Below, one piece after another: positions 25,842 through 39,296 of a stretch of 64,000 nt of DNA. The position numbers were made by a program, and so were the translations under genes. This DNA comes from Lepidodermella squamata (taxonomy: Eukaryota > Animalia > Gastrotricha): the NCBI GenBank assembly GCA_047495785.1, contig JBLDXI010000034.1, forward strand, positions 496,001-560,000, written 5' to 3'. The notes beneath the pieces are model-generated. The model saw only the letters and a list, made by a program, of their open reading frames with translations. It ran no database searches and had not been told where the DNA came from. Within the stretch, counting starts at the first letter, position 1; each line of letters begins with the position of its first letter.

Positions 25842-28528
25842 TTTATTCGGTCAAAAGACAATTTAATTGTAATTATTTCCACCTAATTTGAGACGTTCTG
25901 CCGGAGAACAGCCAAAATATTCATTTTTATTTGAGACATTATTTTAGAAACAGCTATATAAACGATAGTTAGAAACGATATGAATTTTTGAAATATAAAA
26001 TTGAGGAATTTTTTCCGAATATAGTAATTACGGTATTAGAGTATCTATTAGAAGAGAAGTAAAAAATCAAAAACAATGAATACTCTGGCTGTTTTCTGGC
26101 GGAGCGTCTGAAATGATTAGAGGATTATCTAAATGCGCAGAGATCTGCATTTTATATCAAATCTCACTTGATGATTAATTTATCTCTCAGGTCCATTATT
26201 TCGTAGTGCACCGACTTACTGACTGGCGTCTAGCTTTCAATGTTCAGTTTTTGTAGTGACACAGTGTCAGTTTGCTCATCAAAAATTCAGATTATGACAT
26301 TTACCTCGACTTGAATGATAATCGGCCGTAAGCCTGATGACTTGGCAATAAAATGATATAAAATGATATAAAATTTGAGGGATTTCAACTAACAGTTCCG
26401 TGAAAATTTCTGCTACTTCTGAAAATTATGTGTGGTTGAGTTTCTTTGTTGTTTTTATACTAGAATGCCTGGATATAACCTGTGATATCGGTTTTCTCGC
26501 GTTGTGCCTCCGTTATTGTTAAACTTACTTGATAATGCGCTTCACATGGTGCGTATCACTCAAGTAGATAATATCTTTGTCTTTCATGTGTTGCTTCCAT
26601 CGATTTTTCCAATCCTTACGATTTTTTATTGATTATTACGCACGTGCATCTCGAGGCAAAAAACAGCTCTTATTTTGAATAAAAAAATACAGTTTGAATC
26701 ACCCGCGTTTATTTGAATGAACCAATAGGAGAAAGGCTTTTTTCCCGCCTTTAAAGTGGTCACATAATGTACTTTCCGTTTGGTATGACAATGGGGCGAA
26801 ATCTTTATGCGTGGCACTAGTCTCTAACAACGTCGCCGCTGTTGGCTTGAAATGATGATGCAAGTTTCGGGCTGACTTCCACGCATCAATTGCGTCGACG
26901 AAGTCTCATTTTTTGACCTGGGACCGAAACACGGACCCTTCTCCTTTCGGCGACGGCGTAATAGTTGTCGACTCGTCAAGCTGATTGTCGACTACAACTT
27001 ACTGATAATGAAGTAACACGTAACATGTGACCTCTTCGACATAGGTATCGATAGCTCGTGCTTTGTTTTTTATTGTTACTTCTACTCATAAATAACAATC
27101 TTATCCACGTGTAAACATTAAACTGCTTGATGTTACGGAATTTAGTAGGAATTTACGAAAATGTGAACAATGGGTTCCCCCGGCGCTACTGTAGCAGCTA
27201 CGCTGCTGCTGTTGCCAATAAACTTATGAGTTTGACACAGCAGCCTCCGACTGAAATCTATAACATTTTTAGTAATAACATGAAACCATTTGACGAGTCC
27301 CGCGGTTATTCCGATGAATTTCGGGAATTTGTTATGTCTATGCTCGCTGAGCTTCCTAGGATTCGCCCGACGTCTAGTCAGCTTCGATTCAGTGCATTTT
27401 TGCTGAATTCGGCACCTATGCGGTATACAAAGGTATGATCGATTTTCCCCACCTGACATCTGCATTCTTGCAATCATGCATGTTCCTTTTATTCTTCAGC
27501 CAGACCAAACATCCGTCGAACCCAAGCCAGAGATTGTTAAGGTAGCTACGAATTATTTTACACTTGATTCAGGTGTTAGTAATTGAAATTACCAGGAGTT
27601 ATTTGACTGTGTATGGCCGAAGAAAGATGTTTTGAAATTGGTGCAGCTACTGTCGAATAGGAACCTCGGTCTTAGCCCTGATTGCAAAGACGAAGAGGGA
27701 TTTCCACTGTTATACCATGCTGCTCGAACCGGCTACACCGAAGTTGTGGAAACTCTTGTCAGGCGATTCAAGGCTGACGTTGAAGTTCGTACTGCAATTG
27801 GCCAGACACCACTGTATGCCGCCGTCCAGTTTGGCCACCTCGAGGTAGCGAGGATGTTGGCTCGCGAGTTAAACGCCAATGTTAATTCGGCCGATAATAG
27901 GGGATGGACGCCACTGCACTTCCCCACCTACATTGGCCAAGCCGACATTGTGAGGCTATTGGCTGGCGAGTTCAAGGCCGACGTGAATATTGCCGAAGAA
28001 CATGGCTTTACACCACTGTACGTCGCCGCCTTCACTGGCAATGCCGAGTTGGTGCGGATTTTGGCTGGCGAGTTCAACGCCGACGTGAATTCTGCAGATA
28101 AAGATGGCGTGACGCCATTGTACATGGCTGCCCATAACGGCCACGTCGACGTGGTAGAGACGCTAGCTGGCCAATTTAAAGCCAACGTGAACGCTGCATG
28201 TAATAATGGCAAGACGCCGTTGATGGCAGCCGCATATGAGGGCCATCACCATGTTGTTGAAGTTCTTCTTACAAAATTCCGAGCTAATATCGACGCCGTA
28301 GATCGCCGAAATAAGACAGCCATAGATTGGGCCACGAACTGCAAAGCTGGTGATAACAAGAACAAGACTATCGAAATACTCGAGCGGACGAAGTCAAAAT
28401 AGCCTGCCGTAGTACACCAATCTAGCCTCTAGTCAGATTTACTCTTAACTTCACTGGAAACCAAGATGAAAAGTCATGATCATCGTTTTTGGCAAAATGA
28501 TTGAAACACTCGCGCTGGTGTCGTAATC

Positions 28529-29715
28529 GGATCATGCCCACTTGCGCATTCCCCTTTCCGCACGAAATTTCCCAGTTGCGCATTCCCCTTTCCGCACGTG
28601 TAAATAATAATAAATAACAATAACAGCACGAGCGAATTAGCGAATTTTTTTAATCGCGCGCACGCTTCTACGAAAAGTCACCACATGTTTTCTGTTCGTA
28701 TATGTGACACCTGCTTAATCTGTTAGATCAACAGCATTAGCAGCACTCAAGTATCAGAATACCTATAAAACGACGTAGAGCTACAGCTAAGGTAAAATTA
28801 GCAAGAAAAAGGGCAATAAACGCCGACACCATCATTACTACTGACTAATGAGCGCTGTTCTTTAATCGAAATCGGTCTATTGTTAATAGCTAATAGTGTC
28901 TAGTCCTTCGACACTTCGTGCTCTTCTCACCGTGATATCAGCTAATTGGCCGCCTCAAAATCCGTTCGACTTAAATTTTTCGTCACCCAACAGCCGGGTA
29001 ACTCACCTGTGGCAGCTGCTAGAGAGGGAAAATACGGAATAAGCGCGGCTCAGCAGTCTGGTCCTAGTCAACCGTGGATACTTTGGTCATACCTAGTAGC
29101 GAAATTCTCAAAATTTCGAAATTCATTCATTTTTCAAATGACTTTTGACGGATTTGTTACCTGCTCATCTCGACCTGAAACAATTTGAAAACGGCTAATT
29201 GAAACTGGTCGCCTAAATTTGAAAACCCGGTTTCACAATTCCTCAGGGATCAATAGGGATCAATAGAGATGCCAAATAGGGTCGCCGGTTTCCGAGCTTA
29301 CCGTTCGGTCAAGCTAAGTCCACACAGCGAAATGACGCAAAATGCTATGTCCATCGTGTATCCTACGCTGAAATGGATATCGCCATTGGAAAGAGCGGGG
29401 TCGATTACCTCGCAGGTGACGGTTTTAACTGGTAATTTCGATGTGGAGCGGTTCTCGTAGACCTCGTGGATGTAAAATACGACAACAAAACTTAGCAAAA
29501 TTAGTAACTGATGAGGCGTAATTTATTAGATGGATGGCCTTGCTCTTGATCTAGCCTCTTTTAACAGGATTTGTCAAATAACCCTTAAGGTGGCATATTA
29601 TATTATAATTAATTTGGCCGTGCGGAAAGGGGAATGCGCAACTGCGACTATTTATTCTATCAGCTCGTGCGCAAAGGGGAATGCGCAAGTGGTAATGCGC
29701 AAGTGGGAATACACC
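28529..29715. mobile_element. Non-autonomous DNA transposon with GG..CC ends and 8-bp TSD
   Basis: TSD TCGTAATC (28521-28528 and 29716-29723); inverted CCCACTTGCGCATTCCCCTTTCCGCACG repeats. Confidence 0.75.
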
Positions 29716-30100
29716 TCGTAATCATAGCGGTAAATTGATAAAAACCTCATAAAATGAACGAGGCCAGGATGGTTAGCTAGCTTCTTAGCAATTTTTCCAT
29801 CGGTTTGACGTTGATTTTTGTTTCAGAATTTTAGAGCTAATCGATGGCGAAGGAGAAAATTGTTCGAGTTCTATCTATACATTTTTGTTATCATTTGTCC
29901 ATGTCCTATTCAGAGAGAGAGATACCGATTTATTGGTGGTCTGCGTTACATAATTCTTAGTAACATTGCCTTTAAGACACAGAGATATGTGCAGCGCTCT
30001 CCTGCGCTCTGTCAGGAGTAAGCGAGAGAGGCTGTGCGCGCGCGTCAGCAAACACAAAAGCGAAGCATTTACGGGTTGTTAAGATGCTATTTCCGAACAG

Positions 30101-32034
30101 TGGCTCACAAATGAAAGCTCTAGCGAGGCGGAGGACTTCTCCGCCTGAGGTATGGCACGGTGAACCGAAATCACCTGCAAGTGATGTCTGGTCGTCGGGA
30201 TTTGCGCTCAACAAATTAGCCAACTTCTATAAACCAGTGTGAGAATGTTCTTGAGTGATTACTTACTAAGTTTTATCAATTTCCAGTTTGTCTCGACGCC
30301 GTTAAATTTAGGTAATGTTACGAGTTTGCCACAGTTGTCACAAGCAGGAATTTGACGGGGAACTCCGGTTGTCGTGGGGCGTCATCCGTTCGGTCGGTCG
30401 TCCGGTCGTCGAAAAGCATATACCCCTGGGCCAAGTATATGTTAGGGCTATATGTAATTATATGTTCACATAATTTTACATAATGGACAGTTGATTTTCA
30501 CATATTGGACACTTGATTTTTTAAGTAGGAGCACATATTGGACAGTTGTCTATTGTTCAGACCCGTGAAACTCATGAAACCCAAGAAACCTGAGAAACCC
30601 AAAATAGCTTTATTATTCAAAATCAAACAATCTATTGGAAAAGCTGGGGCGGCTCGAAAATCTGGCAGCATTCACCCCTGATACCGAGAAAATCGAGCAG
30701 CATTCGGCCCCAATTTCGAGAAAATCGAGCAGCATTCGGCCCCAATTTCGAGAAAATCGAGCAGCATTCGGCCCCAATTCCGACAAAATCGAGCAACATT
30801 CGGCCACAATTCAGTGAAAATCGAGCAGCAGTCAGCTCCGATGTCGATAAAACCCTGAACTCCACCGGGACAATTGCGAAATCCGAGCAGCAGTCGCCCT
30901 CAATCTTGAGAAAATCGCGCAGCATTCCTCTTGGATCCTGGAAATTGTCAAAACGGAGCCGTATTCGTCTTGCATTTCGTACCATTCCATCACCTTCGTT
31001 CCTGGCTCGAACTGGTTCGACGACACGCTTCCTCGTACGGGATCGAAACCTTGATTGAGCTTGAGATCGACAATAACCAGATCGGCGAACTAGCTGCCAT
31101 GAGCCGAATTCACTCGCCTGGTTGATTTGATGAGCCGACGGTTCAAATAGCTCGAGCCATTGTGCGATTCTTCATCGTAGCAGCGTGCCAGTTTGACGCG
31201 AAGATCCGGCGGCAAAAAAGCGAGTGAAAATCAAAACGAAAATCGACCGAATGAGCGTTTGATTTAAAAATGGCGAAAAGCTCAGTTTTTGATGAAAAAT
31301 TAAGTTGGATGTTTTATTTTCCCATTTTCCATGATTTTTTAACCTTCGCAACGTGGGGCTAGGTATTTCAACGGAGCCCTGACACTCTGTAGATGCTACT
31401 ATGCCTCGGGGTATATGCAAATATTGGACTTAGAGTCGTAAATATGTTGAAAAACCTCACATAAAACGTCCTCGCCTGCGGCTCGGCCATTATATGTTCG
31501 GTTTTTCAACATATTTCCTCCTCTATGTCCAATATATACACATAAGTAGTGAGTGTTAAAAAAATGAATCCCATCGCCTGGAGGGTAGGATGTGCTAGTA
31601 AGAAATTTCTAGCAAGGCACGAAAGCAAGGTATACATTTATTTAATTGAATCGTTAGGCTTCAATTAAAGATTTTAATATTGCGATTTTGTAAATATCTT
31701 TTTCGGCCGATCCAATCGCGCTGACCTGAGCTTTCCGAATATGTATTTGGATTTAAAATAAATTGAGTCTAACAAGGTGAAAATCGCTGCAGTTTACCTG
31801 CGACCGGTCATTTTCTAGTGCGTAATGGTGTGTGGCTGAAAAATGGTGATTTAATTTGTGTGGGCGACCATTTTTTGCACATTTTTTGCCTCGATGATAA
31901 ATTATCGATTTTCGTGTTTGCGTTAACAGCATTTTCCTTGACTGGAGTCTCCATAACGTTATTCCTCTCAAGGATGTTTCGGCTGATGACAAGCGCAAGA
32001 CTATCGAAATACTCGAGCGGGCAAAATTAAATAG
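30101..32034 (+). pseudogene. Fragmented pseudokinase-ankyrin copy 4
   Basis: TSPPEVWHGEPKSPASDVWS exon at 30101-30237 and terminal ..TIEILERAK fragment near 31975-32034, separated by insertions. Confidence 0.65.
30416..31418. mobile_element. Non-autonomous element with short TIR GCATATACCCC and an internal 30-bp tandem repeat
   Basis: Inverted termini; (GAGAAAATCGAGCAGCATTCGGCCCCAATTTC-like)n at about 30655-30830. Confidence 0.55.
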
Positions 32035-32098
32035 TTTGCCGTCGAACATGAATATTCTAGTAACAGCAATGCAACAAATCTGTCAGGATCTATTTTAA

Positions 32099-32970
32099 CA
32101 CTCTATCGTCCAAATACTCATATGTGAGTATTCTCGGATTTGCAGAAATTCGCTATATACTCACATTTGAGTAGCCTCCAATTTGCAGAAATTCGCCATA
32201 TACTCATATATGAGTACATAGAAGTGTTGCTTTTTTGCGATTTTTTTACGCGAGACCTGTGCATCTGAAAATACCCATGATGCACCCCAAGACACAAGTC
32301 ACACCCGTAGATATCAAATCTGATGTCAAAATCACCCTATACTCTTTCTTGAATAAGAAATCACTGAGTATCGATTATCGATTATCGATTATAGATAGAT
32401 TATCGAATTACAGAATTAGCTAATTTTTTCATTTCACCTACATGAGATGCGCCATGTTTCAAAGTATTTTTCGTTTTAGAAGGCACGCTATCCAAGAAAA
32501 AAATTCCAAAAAATCGCTGGTAGTGTCTTTTCAACAACCAAACCCTAAAACCACATGATAGCTGCATAATTTGGTCTTGCAATGTTTCCAAGCTAGCGCT
32601 AAATACTCATAGGCGAGTATAGCAATTTTGAGCTTTAAGGCCGTATACTCATATGAGAGTAAACCTGGGTAAGACCTGATGCCGTATACTCATAGGTGAG
32701 TAAATGAGATTCGCTAGAAAACGCCGTATACTCATAGGTGAGTAAGCAGTTTGCACGATGGCGCCGTATACTCAAATATGAGTAAGTGTTTTTTTGTTAT
32801 TACGTAATAAGGATGAGCCGGAAAAATCCGGGACATCGACCAATGATCTTAGATTTCCGTGACCTTCAAGAAAATATAATAACCTGGGGGTCGAATTTTT
32901 TGGTAGGTACATCGAAAAAACCCCGGCGCTACAGGAAAGGTACACGCGAAAACTTTCGGCCGATAGAGTG
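32099..32970. mobile_element. piggyBac-like MITE
   Basis: TTAA flanks, TIR CACTCTATCG, internal palindromic TACTCATATGTGAGTA-type repeats. Confidence 0.75.
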
Positions 32971-33130
32971 TTAACAGAGTTATCCCATCATTTGGGAAAA
33001 CTATCGAAATGCTCGCGCTGATGAATCGGCTATCTAAGACGTAATAGCTTAACCAAGATAATTAGATTACCAAACCAATGCTCGTCAATAATCGAACCCG
33101 GTGTTCTTGCCGATTTTTTTATCATCTTAA

Positions 33131-33971
33131 TGTTACGACCGAAGTCCGAAAGCGACCACATCGCGATCTGGTCGACCAGACCCCGACGTGGCTATAGCCG
33201 ATTTCCACGTCGCGCTGTGGTCGACCAGGATGCGACGGGCCTGCAATCTCTCTTATCAAACACCTTTGTCGGGCTTCGGCTCATAGGTGTCAACCCAGGT
33301 ACGGTGGGCTCCAAATAGAGAACAATGGACGCGCGCGCGCATTGTCCCGCCGCGCTCTGGCTCACACTTCTTGCGCGCGAGCCAGAGCCCGACCGCGCTT
33401 ATTGACTAAGTTGATTGGCCGAACATTTTTTTAATTAATATAAATTTACCAAAAAATGGTGAAGTCACAAGCTGTATGTCTCACGCACTGTAGTCAAACG
33501 ATCTACATTCAGGGCCCATTAACTGACTCGCGATTTTTGTTTCCGCTTGTTTTGTATTAATAATCGAGCCATTTTTCAAATATTCTGTTATTTTTGTGAC
33601 TCAAGCTGTGGCCGCTCAGGGGCTAATATACACTAAAATACACCATTTCTACTTCGTTTCCAGGGAGATAAAAAATAGAATGACTAGTAAAAAGTTGAAA
33701 TCAAACGTAGTCGGGCTCTGGCTCGTGCGCGCACGTGTGAGCCAGAGCGCGGCGGGACAATGCGCGCGCGCGTCCATTGTTCTCTATTTGGAGCCCACCG
33801 TACCTGGGTTGACACCTATGAGCCGAAGCCCGACAAAGGTGTTTGATAAGAGAGATTGCAGGCCCGTCGCATCCTGGTCGACCAGAGCGCGACGTGGAAC
33901 ACGAGGAATGCCCCGTCGGGGTCTGGTCGACCAGACCGCGATGTGGTCGCTTTCGGACTTGGGTCGTAACA
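33131..33971. mobile_element. Foldback MITE with ~265-bp arms, TGT..ACA ends and TTAA flanks (Ginger-like)
   Basis: 33131-33395 is the reverse complement of about 33710-33971. Confidence 0.75.
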
Positions 33972-35252
33972 TTAATACATACTGCAGAGCCGGGGAAACT
34001 TGGGAGCATGAATAAACTACCGTAGTTACCGAAATACAAGCCTGGGCGGCACTACAAAGAACATCGAAGTGCCGACAAAGGGTTGCCGCCTGGGCTTCTA
34101 TTTCGGTAACTACGGTAAGCATGCAAGAAGTAGATCTCCTGATATCAACGTATAGACATCGATTTTGTACATCAAGCCTGTGGTACTGCCAAAATGATAC
34201 ACCAGAAAAAATATCACCCTAATTCATATACTAAAAGCATGAATTTAGTTTCGGTATCTGAATCATGGGGAAAAAAGTTGCAAAAATTGATGGGCACTAA
34301 TTTATATTCAGATAATCGTGAAGTGCTCAATTCCTGCCCCCAATTTATAATAAAATTGGAAACTGTAACAATTCAAAACTCCGAAATTACGAAATAACGA
34401 GAAACCCTAGAAACTCAGAACGCCGCGTTGATTGCGCAACAACTCTCATGTTGAAACAATTTTGGAATAAAATTTAGTTTTATGCAAACTGAAATTTTTC
34501 GAGGCGAAGTTATAGCGTTTTAGCACAGTTCCATCATCCATATTCTTCTGATATGGCATACTTTGCTGTTGATGCGACGGTAGCAGACTGTCCGGAGCTG
34601 GAGCCCGACGATAAACAGTCGTTGATAAGCCGCATGAAAGGTTTTATTGGTAATTTTTCCAGTTTTTTCCGACTAAATCCACAATTCCAGAGCTAAACAT
34701 TCGATCAACCTACTGAAGCGAGCCGATTACAGATGTATCATGAACGCATGGCGATTCCATTGCAAGGAAATTTAAAAAAAATTTAAATGATTTAAAATTA
34801 AACTTTTTTTTTTAAATGATTGCCGGTAGAGTAAGGTAAAATTAATTATATCATTTAAAATGATTTTTCTCTCTCATCAAATTGTCGAATATTATCACAA
34901 ATAATTTAAGGCTACTCTGATAATTAAATTGGGGCAGTTGATCGAAGGTCATTTACTGTTATCTCCTCATTTTTTAATTATCTTACACCGCCAAATATTT
35001 ATCATAAGTTTTCACAGAAATATGATAAAAAACACCATTTATCGTAATTTTTAGCATAATGTACACACCTTTATTACGAAAAAGCTATATATTATTGCAC
35101 ATATTATATGTTACGACTGATTGTTGAGTTGATATCCCATGGCGTAACACGTTTTTAGTACCGAGAAGAAGGGTATATATACCTACGCCGTGAATTGATT
35201 TTCATCCACTTCATCATCATTATTTGAATAACTATCCGATTTTCATCAATCA

Positions 35253-36079
35253 ATGGCGAGAACATTGGCTTTGGCCCGAAAAGCTGCTGGGCGGCGTCGA
35301 ACAACAAAGCGCGCTCGAAAACCACGGGCGAGTTTCTCCTTTGCCGACAAGGAGCGGCTGGTAAGCCTGGCGAAAAAATACTTCGATACTCTTGAAGATA
35401 AGAACTCCTCTAACGAGACTGCAGTGGCAAAGCAAGGTGTTTGGAAGACAATTGCTCGCGAATATGCGAAGAAGCGCGGCAACCGCCAGCCGCCGCACAC
35501 TCTCGAGGAACTGAAAAATTTATGGAACCGAATCGTGCTGAAGATTCGCGAGAAGATCCGCGAGGAATCGCTGGATGATGCGTTGCCGCACGCTTACGAA
35601 ACATACGAGTATCTGATTTTGAACGATGTGAAGCGAATTTCACCGACTGGACTCCGAGGCCTGCGAGGTTAAGTGCTGATAATATAAGCATTTTTTTAAC
35701 TAACTATTCTTGTTTCTCAGGTATTCGCGATTCCGATGCCCTGAGCGATGAAGAAGATGATGGCGGCGAGTTCGACCTCTCGGAGGAAGATGCTGACGAA
35801 TTCGATGGTTCAGATCCCGATGGCGATGACGACGACAATGGGTCCGATGTTGCCGGCACCAGCGGCCATGCCTCATCGACTAAGAATCGCCGCGAAACTG
35901 TTGCTGAGAAGAAAGCTAAGCTCCAGTCGCTCGCCGTCGAAAAAGCTGAACTCGAAAATGCGATTCTCCGAGAACAACTGGAGGAGCTCAAGCACAAGAA
36001 GGCGACTGGATCAACCTCCACCCTGCTTACTTCTTCACTCAACTCTTCCGAACAGAACCCGTTCGAAAAGTACGATTGA
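35253..36079 (+). CDS. PIF accessory Myb/SANT-like protein (2 exons)
   Basis: RASFSFADKERLVSL...KQGVWKTIAREY...EELKNLWNRI; intron at about 35668-35721; acidic and coiled-coil tail. Confidence 0.85.
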
Positions 36080-36276
36080 ACATGGCTGAATCCATTGATT
36101 GACATTCAACGAACAATGACTTTCTTATTTTTCACTTTTCATGATACATTTAGTTGTGATAGAACTAGAAGGTCGACCATTATTAGTTTAGTAGCTAGGC
36201 AAGCCGAATTTGAAATAAACCATTATCAATTCTTGCAAGCTTATTTTCGATTCAAAAAAGCATTAATAGGTTATAG

Positions 36277-37412
36277 TCACGTGAAGTATCGATCAATAAT
36301 ACTGCGGCGAATTCGTTCTCCCAGTGTCATAGCCAGGTATTCGTCTTGATCATGAGCTTCCGGCGCCTCGACTTCATCTTCAATTTCATTATCGCCCAGG
36401 ATCGGCGGTTCGCGCAGATTGATTGCAATGTTGTGTAAGACAGCGCATGCGAGGATGACATTAGCACAGCGATCGGCTCGAAATCTGAGGCGATTGTCTA
36501 CGCTTTGTAGACAGCGAAAACGGCTCTTCAAAATGCCGAAAAGACGTTCAATAACAGCACGACAACGACTTAGCGACCGGTTGTAGTCCAACTCTGCGTC
36601 GGTTGTAGGATTTCTGAGAGGGGTCAGCAGCTCGGGAGCGACTTGGTAACCCTTGTCGGCTATAAGGTGGTATCCATTGAAGCGTGGCGCACATTGCAGT
36701 TTCTTTTTCACCTGCGAAGACTTGTAAATCGTCGAGTCATGAACACTGCCCGGCCAACGGACAACTATGTCCCTAATCCGGCCCTCGAAATCGCAGACTA
36801 CTTGGACATTGAGAGCGTAATATTCTGAAACAAAACTCCTTAGAAACTTCTCGATTTCACTAATCAAAGAAATACTTTTTCTACACCAAAAAACATCGGG
36901 GTCAGGGAGATGCGACTGTTTTTGAATTTTGATCAAGGAGCAATCAACTGCGCCCAGACAATTCGGAAAGCCACCATATTCGTAGAAACTCGCAGCTATT
37001 TCACGCACTTCTTGATTGTTTCGAGGCATAACTACGAATTTGTCCAGCTTCCTGGCGAGTGCCTCAGCCACGAGATGAACAATTTTGCAGACACTAGTAT
37101 GATCAACACCGTGAATATCTCCTATATTCATCAGAGGAAATGAAAAATTTTGCCGAATAGGGACGTCATACCTATCACACGTTGGAAACCACCAGTAGCG
37201 AAATATCGCAGTGTGATCAGTACCTGAAGCATTGTCGAAATTGATTTATTCCGGTTAGTCCGGCGGCGTACCAAATCCCGTTTAATGAGCCTGTGAATCT
37301 TCTTAACTGACTTCTTTGTAAAACGATAGCGTAGAAAAAACTGATTTTCGCTGAAAGCCGTGAAAGGATTGGAACGGTCACGGATGACGCGTTCCTGATT
37401 GAAAACAGGCAT
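36277..37412 (-). CDS. PIF/Harbinger DDE transposase (HARBI1-like), with introns
   Basis: FFLRYRFTK, TLRYFATG, GAVDCS, WPGSVHDS, ADKGY, RAVIERLFGILKSRF, ACAVLHN. Confidence 0.92.
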
Positions 37413-39296
37413 TTCGACTGTCTGATAATGAGAAAATCAGCAATTTCGAACTTTGAAAAATTCGAACAATGACGTCCCGGCTTGCGATTGTGACGTAATT
37501 TACATAGCGATTTGCGTAATCGCCTACTGATAAATTGCAGACATCGATAAAAAATTAAAATTAAACTTAAATTATCTGAAAATTAGCCCAACGTTATAAT
37601 AATTTTCGCTACCTTAGTGACAATTATAGTAAATAAAATATAATTAGGATAACAAACGTTATAATAAAGAACGTACGATCAATTGCCCCATTGGCAGTAG
37701 CCTTCTGGAAATTATATTCACAATTTTATTGACATTTTATCCTCCTTAAAGAATACAGTACAGAAATTTGAACCATAATTTTCAGAAAAATTGAAAAAAT
37801 TACATTAATAGTTATCAAGTACCTATGTCACTTGTTAATGGGATTAAAAAAGTCTGGAGAAATTTGGTCCAACCGAGTAAAATAGCGAAAATAACCGAAC
37901 CAGTTACCACCGGGGTAATCCCTGGTAGAGATTTTTGTTTTTTTTTTTCGGAGAAATGAAAAATTTACCGGAGAAAACCCGGAAAATCCTTATGGTAACT
38001 GGTTGGGTAATATTCGGTATTTTACCCAGTTAGACAAAATTTCTCCGGACTTTTTTAATTCTTTTAACAACTGGCATACTTGATTATCATTTTCGTATTT
38101 TTTTGAATTTTTCTAAATATTTTCTGGCCGTTAGATGTGAAGTGGTCTCTCATTTTAGAGTTTCTGAGCCCTTTTCTGTGTATCTATCAGCCTATGACTA
38201 TCACTATCAGCCGCGGCAATGCAACGCCTGCGATGTAAACTTCTTCTCATTTAAAATGTTTACAATTTTGAGATGAGTAAATCGAGTACGGCGAGTTCAG
38301 ATATGAACGATTTACGAATGATATACCGTAAAATATCGAATTGTCAAAGCTACTCGACCTATATTTTTGACGACAATTCTATATTTCAAGTTAACGACAC
38401 AGCACTTGTGTGTTCTTTGAATTGAAGACCAAGGCTTTGTGATAAAATAAAAGATTAACTTATAGGGACTAAAACTAATTTTATGACAATTGAGCAACGG
38501 AAATCCGGCAGTAGAATAGTCGTTTGTTCAGGAGACGCCACATCATTTAAATGGATTCGAAATCGCAATAAAATAAGGCAGGCCGTCACAGCCACAAATA
38601 CCCTAAGGAGATAACGCGACAAAACAGCAATTTTTCAAATTGCGACATAACAGCAGATGCATCTTTCAAATAGAAAGTTTCCGTAGTTTTGTCGCGAAAT
38701 AACCAATTTCGCTGTTTTGTCGCACTCGCTGTTCTGCGGAGTTGCTGTATTGTAGCCGTAAAATGGTCTACCTTGCGAGAGTAACGCTAAGACCAAGATC
38801 CCGTCAGATCCCATCATTCAAACTTGGGTCATTATGTGTATTTTTGAGCGCAGCTAATTTTGATTGAGAGGTAAGTTAACCAATGAATTGACAAATTCGA
38901 ATGTATTTTGCAAATACCGACCACTGAGTTTGCTCGTTCACGGTCGTGATGCGATTCTTGCATCTTTATCTTGCAAAGAATTATTCTACTCAAACCAAAT
39001 TTTTCGCGTTTTTTCTCTGGAAGTGTAAGGTTGCAAGTTAAATGAACTTCAGCCAATTCTTGGAAAAGATAAAACATTACCCGGACGCCTCCACCAGCAC
39101 GCCTCCTCAGAGATAGAAACACATTACTTACTCCGCATCCATGGGTATTTGATGATGATAAGGCAAGCTGCTTATCGCCGCAACCTGATAGCAATTGCTT
39201 CTACTTACTGTCGCTTATTTAAAGGTTTATCCATAGTTGCCTATTTTGCGTGGTCTATTTGTATTCTCAGCAGTCAAATTCAGCCCCGGATTGAAC

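Larger units (their letters stand above)
19618..27191. mobile_element. RAG1-core-like DNA transposon 1 (decayed), carrying a PB1-Myb-like second gene
   Basis: Imperfect TIR CTGATGTGCCGGGGGAACCC / CAGTAGCGCCGGGGGAACCC with TA on both flanks; interrupts kinase gene copy 3; exact ends uncertain. Confidence 0.7.
18633..28402 (+). pseudogene. Pseudokinase-ankyrin copy 3, split by a 7.6-kb RAG1-like transposon
   Basis: Kinase exons at 18633-19615; gene resumes at about 27220 (NNMKPFDESRGY) and ankyrin ORF 27632-28402 (6 repeats plus cap). Confidence 0.8.
34931..37689. mobile_element. PIF/Harbinger transposon with two convergent genes, apparently intact
   Basis: TIR GGGGCA(G/A)TTGATCG, 3-bp TSD ATT on both sides. 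Confidence 0.9.

Noticed and set aside
30655-30830. CRISPR-like 30-bp repeats
   Set aside because: Head-to-tail tandem repeats without unique spacers, in a eukaryotic context
33130-34122. Duplicate ORFs on opposite strands
   Set aside because: Artefact of the foldback MITE arms
34570-34770. SLISRMKG resembling the N-terminus of the RAG1-like transposase 2
   Set aside because: Match too short, and no downstream transposase motifs
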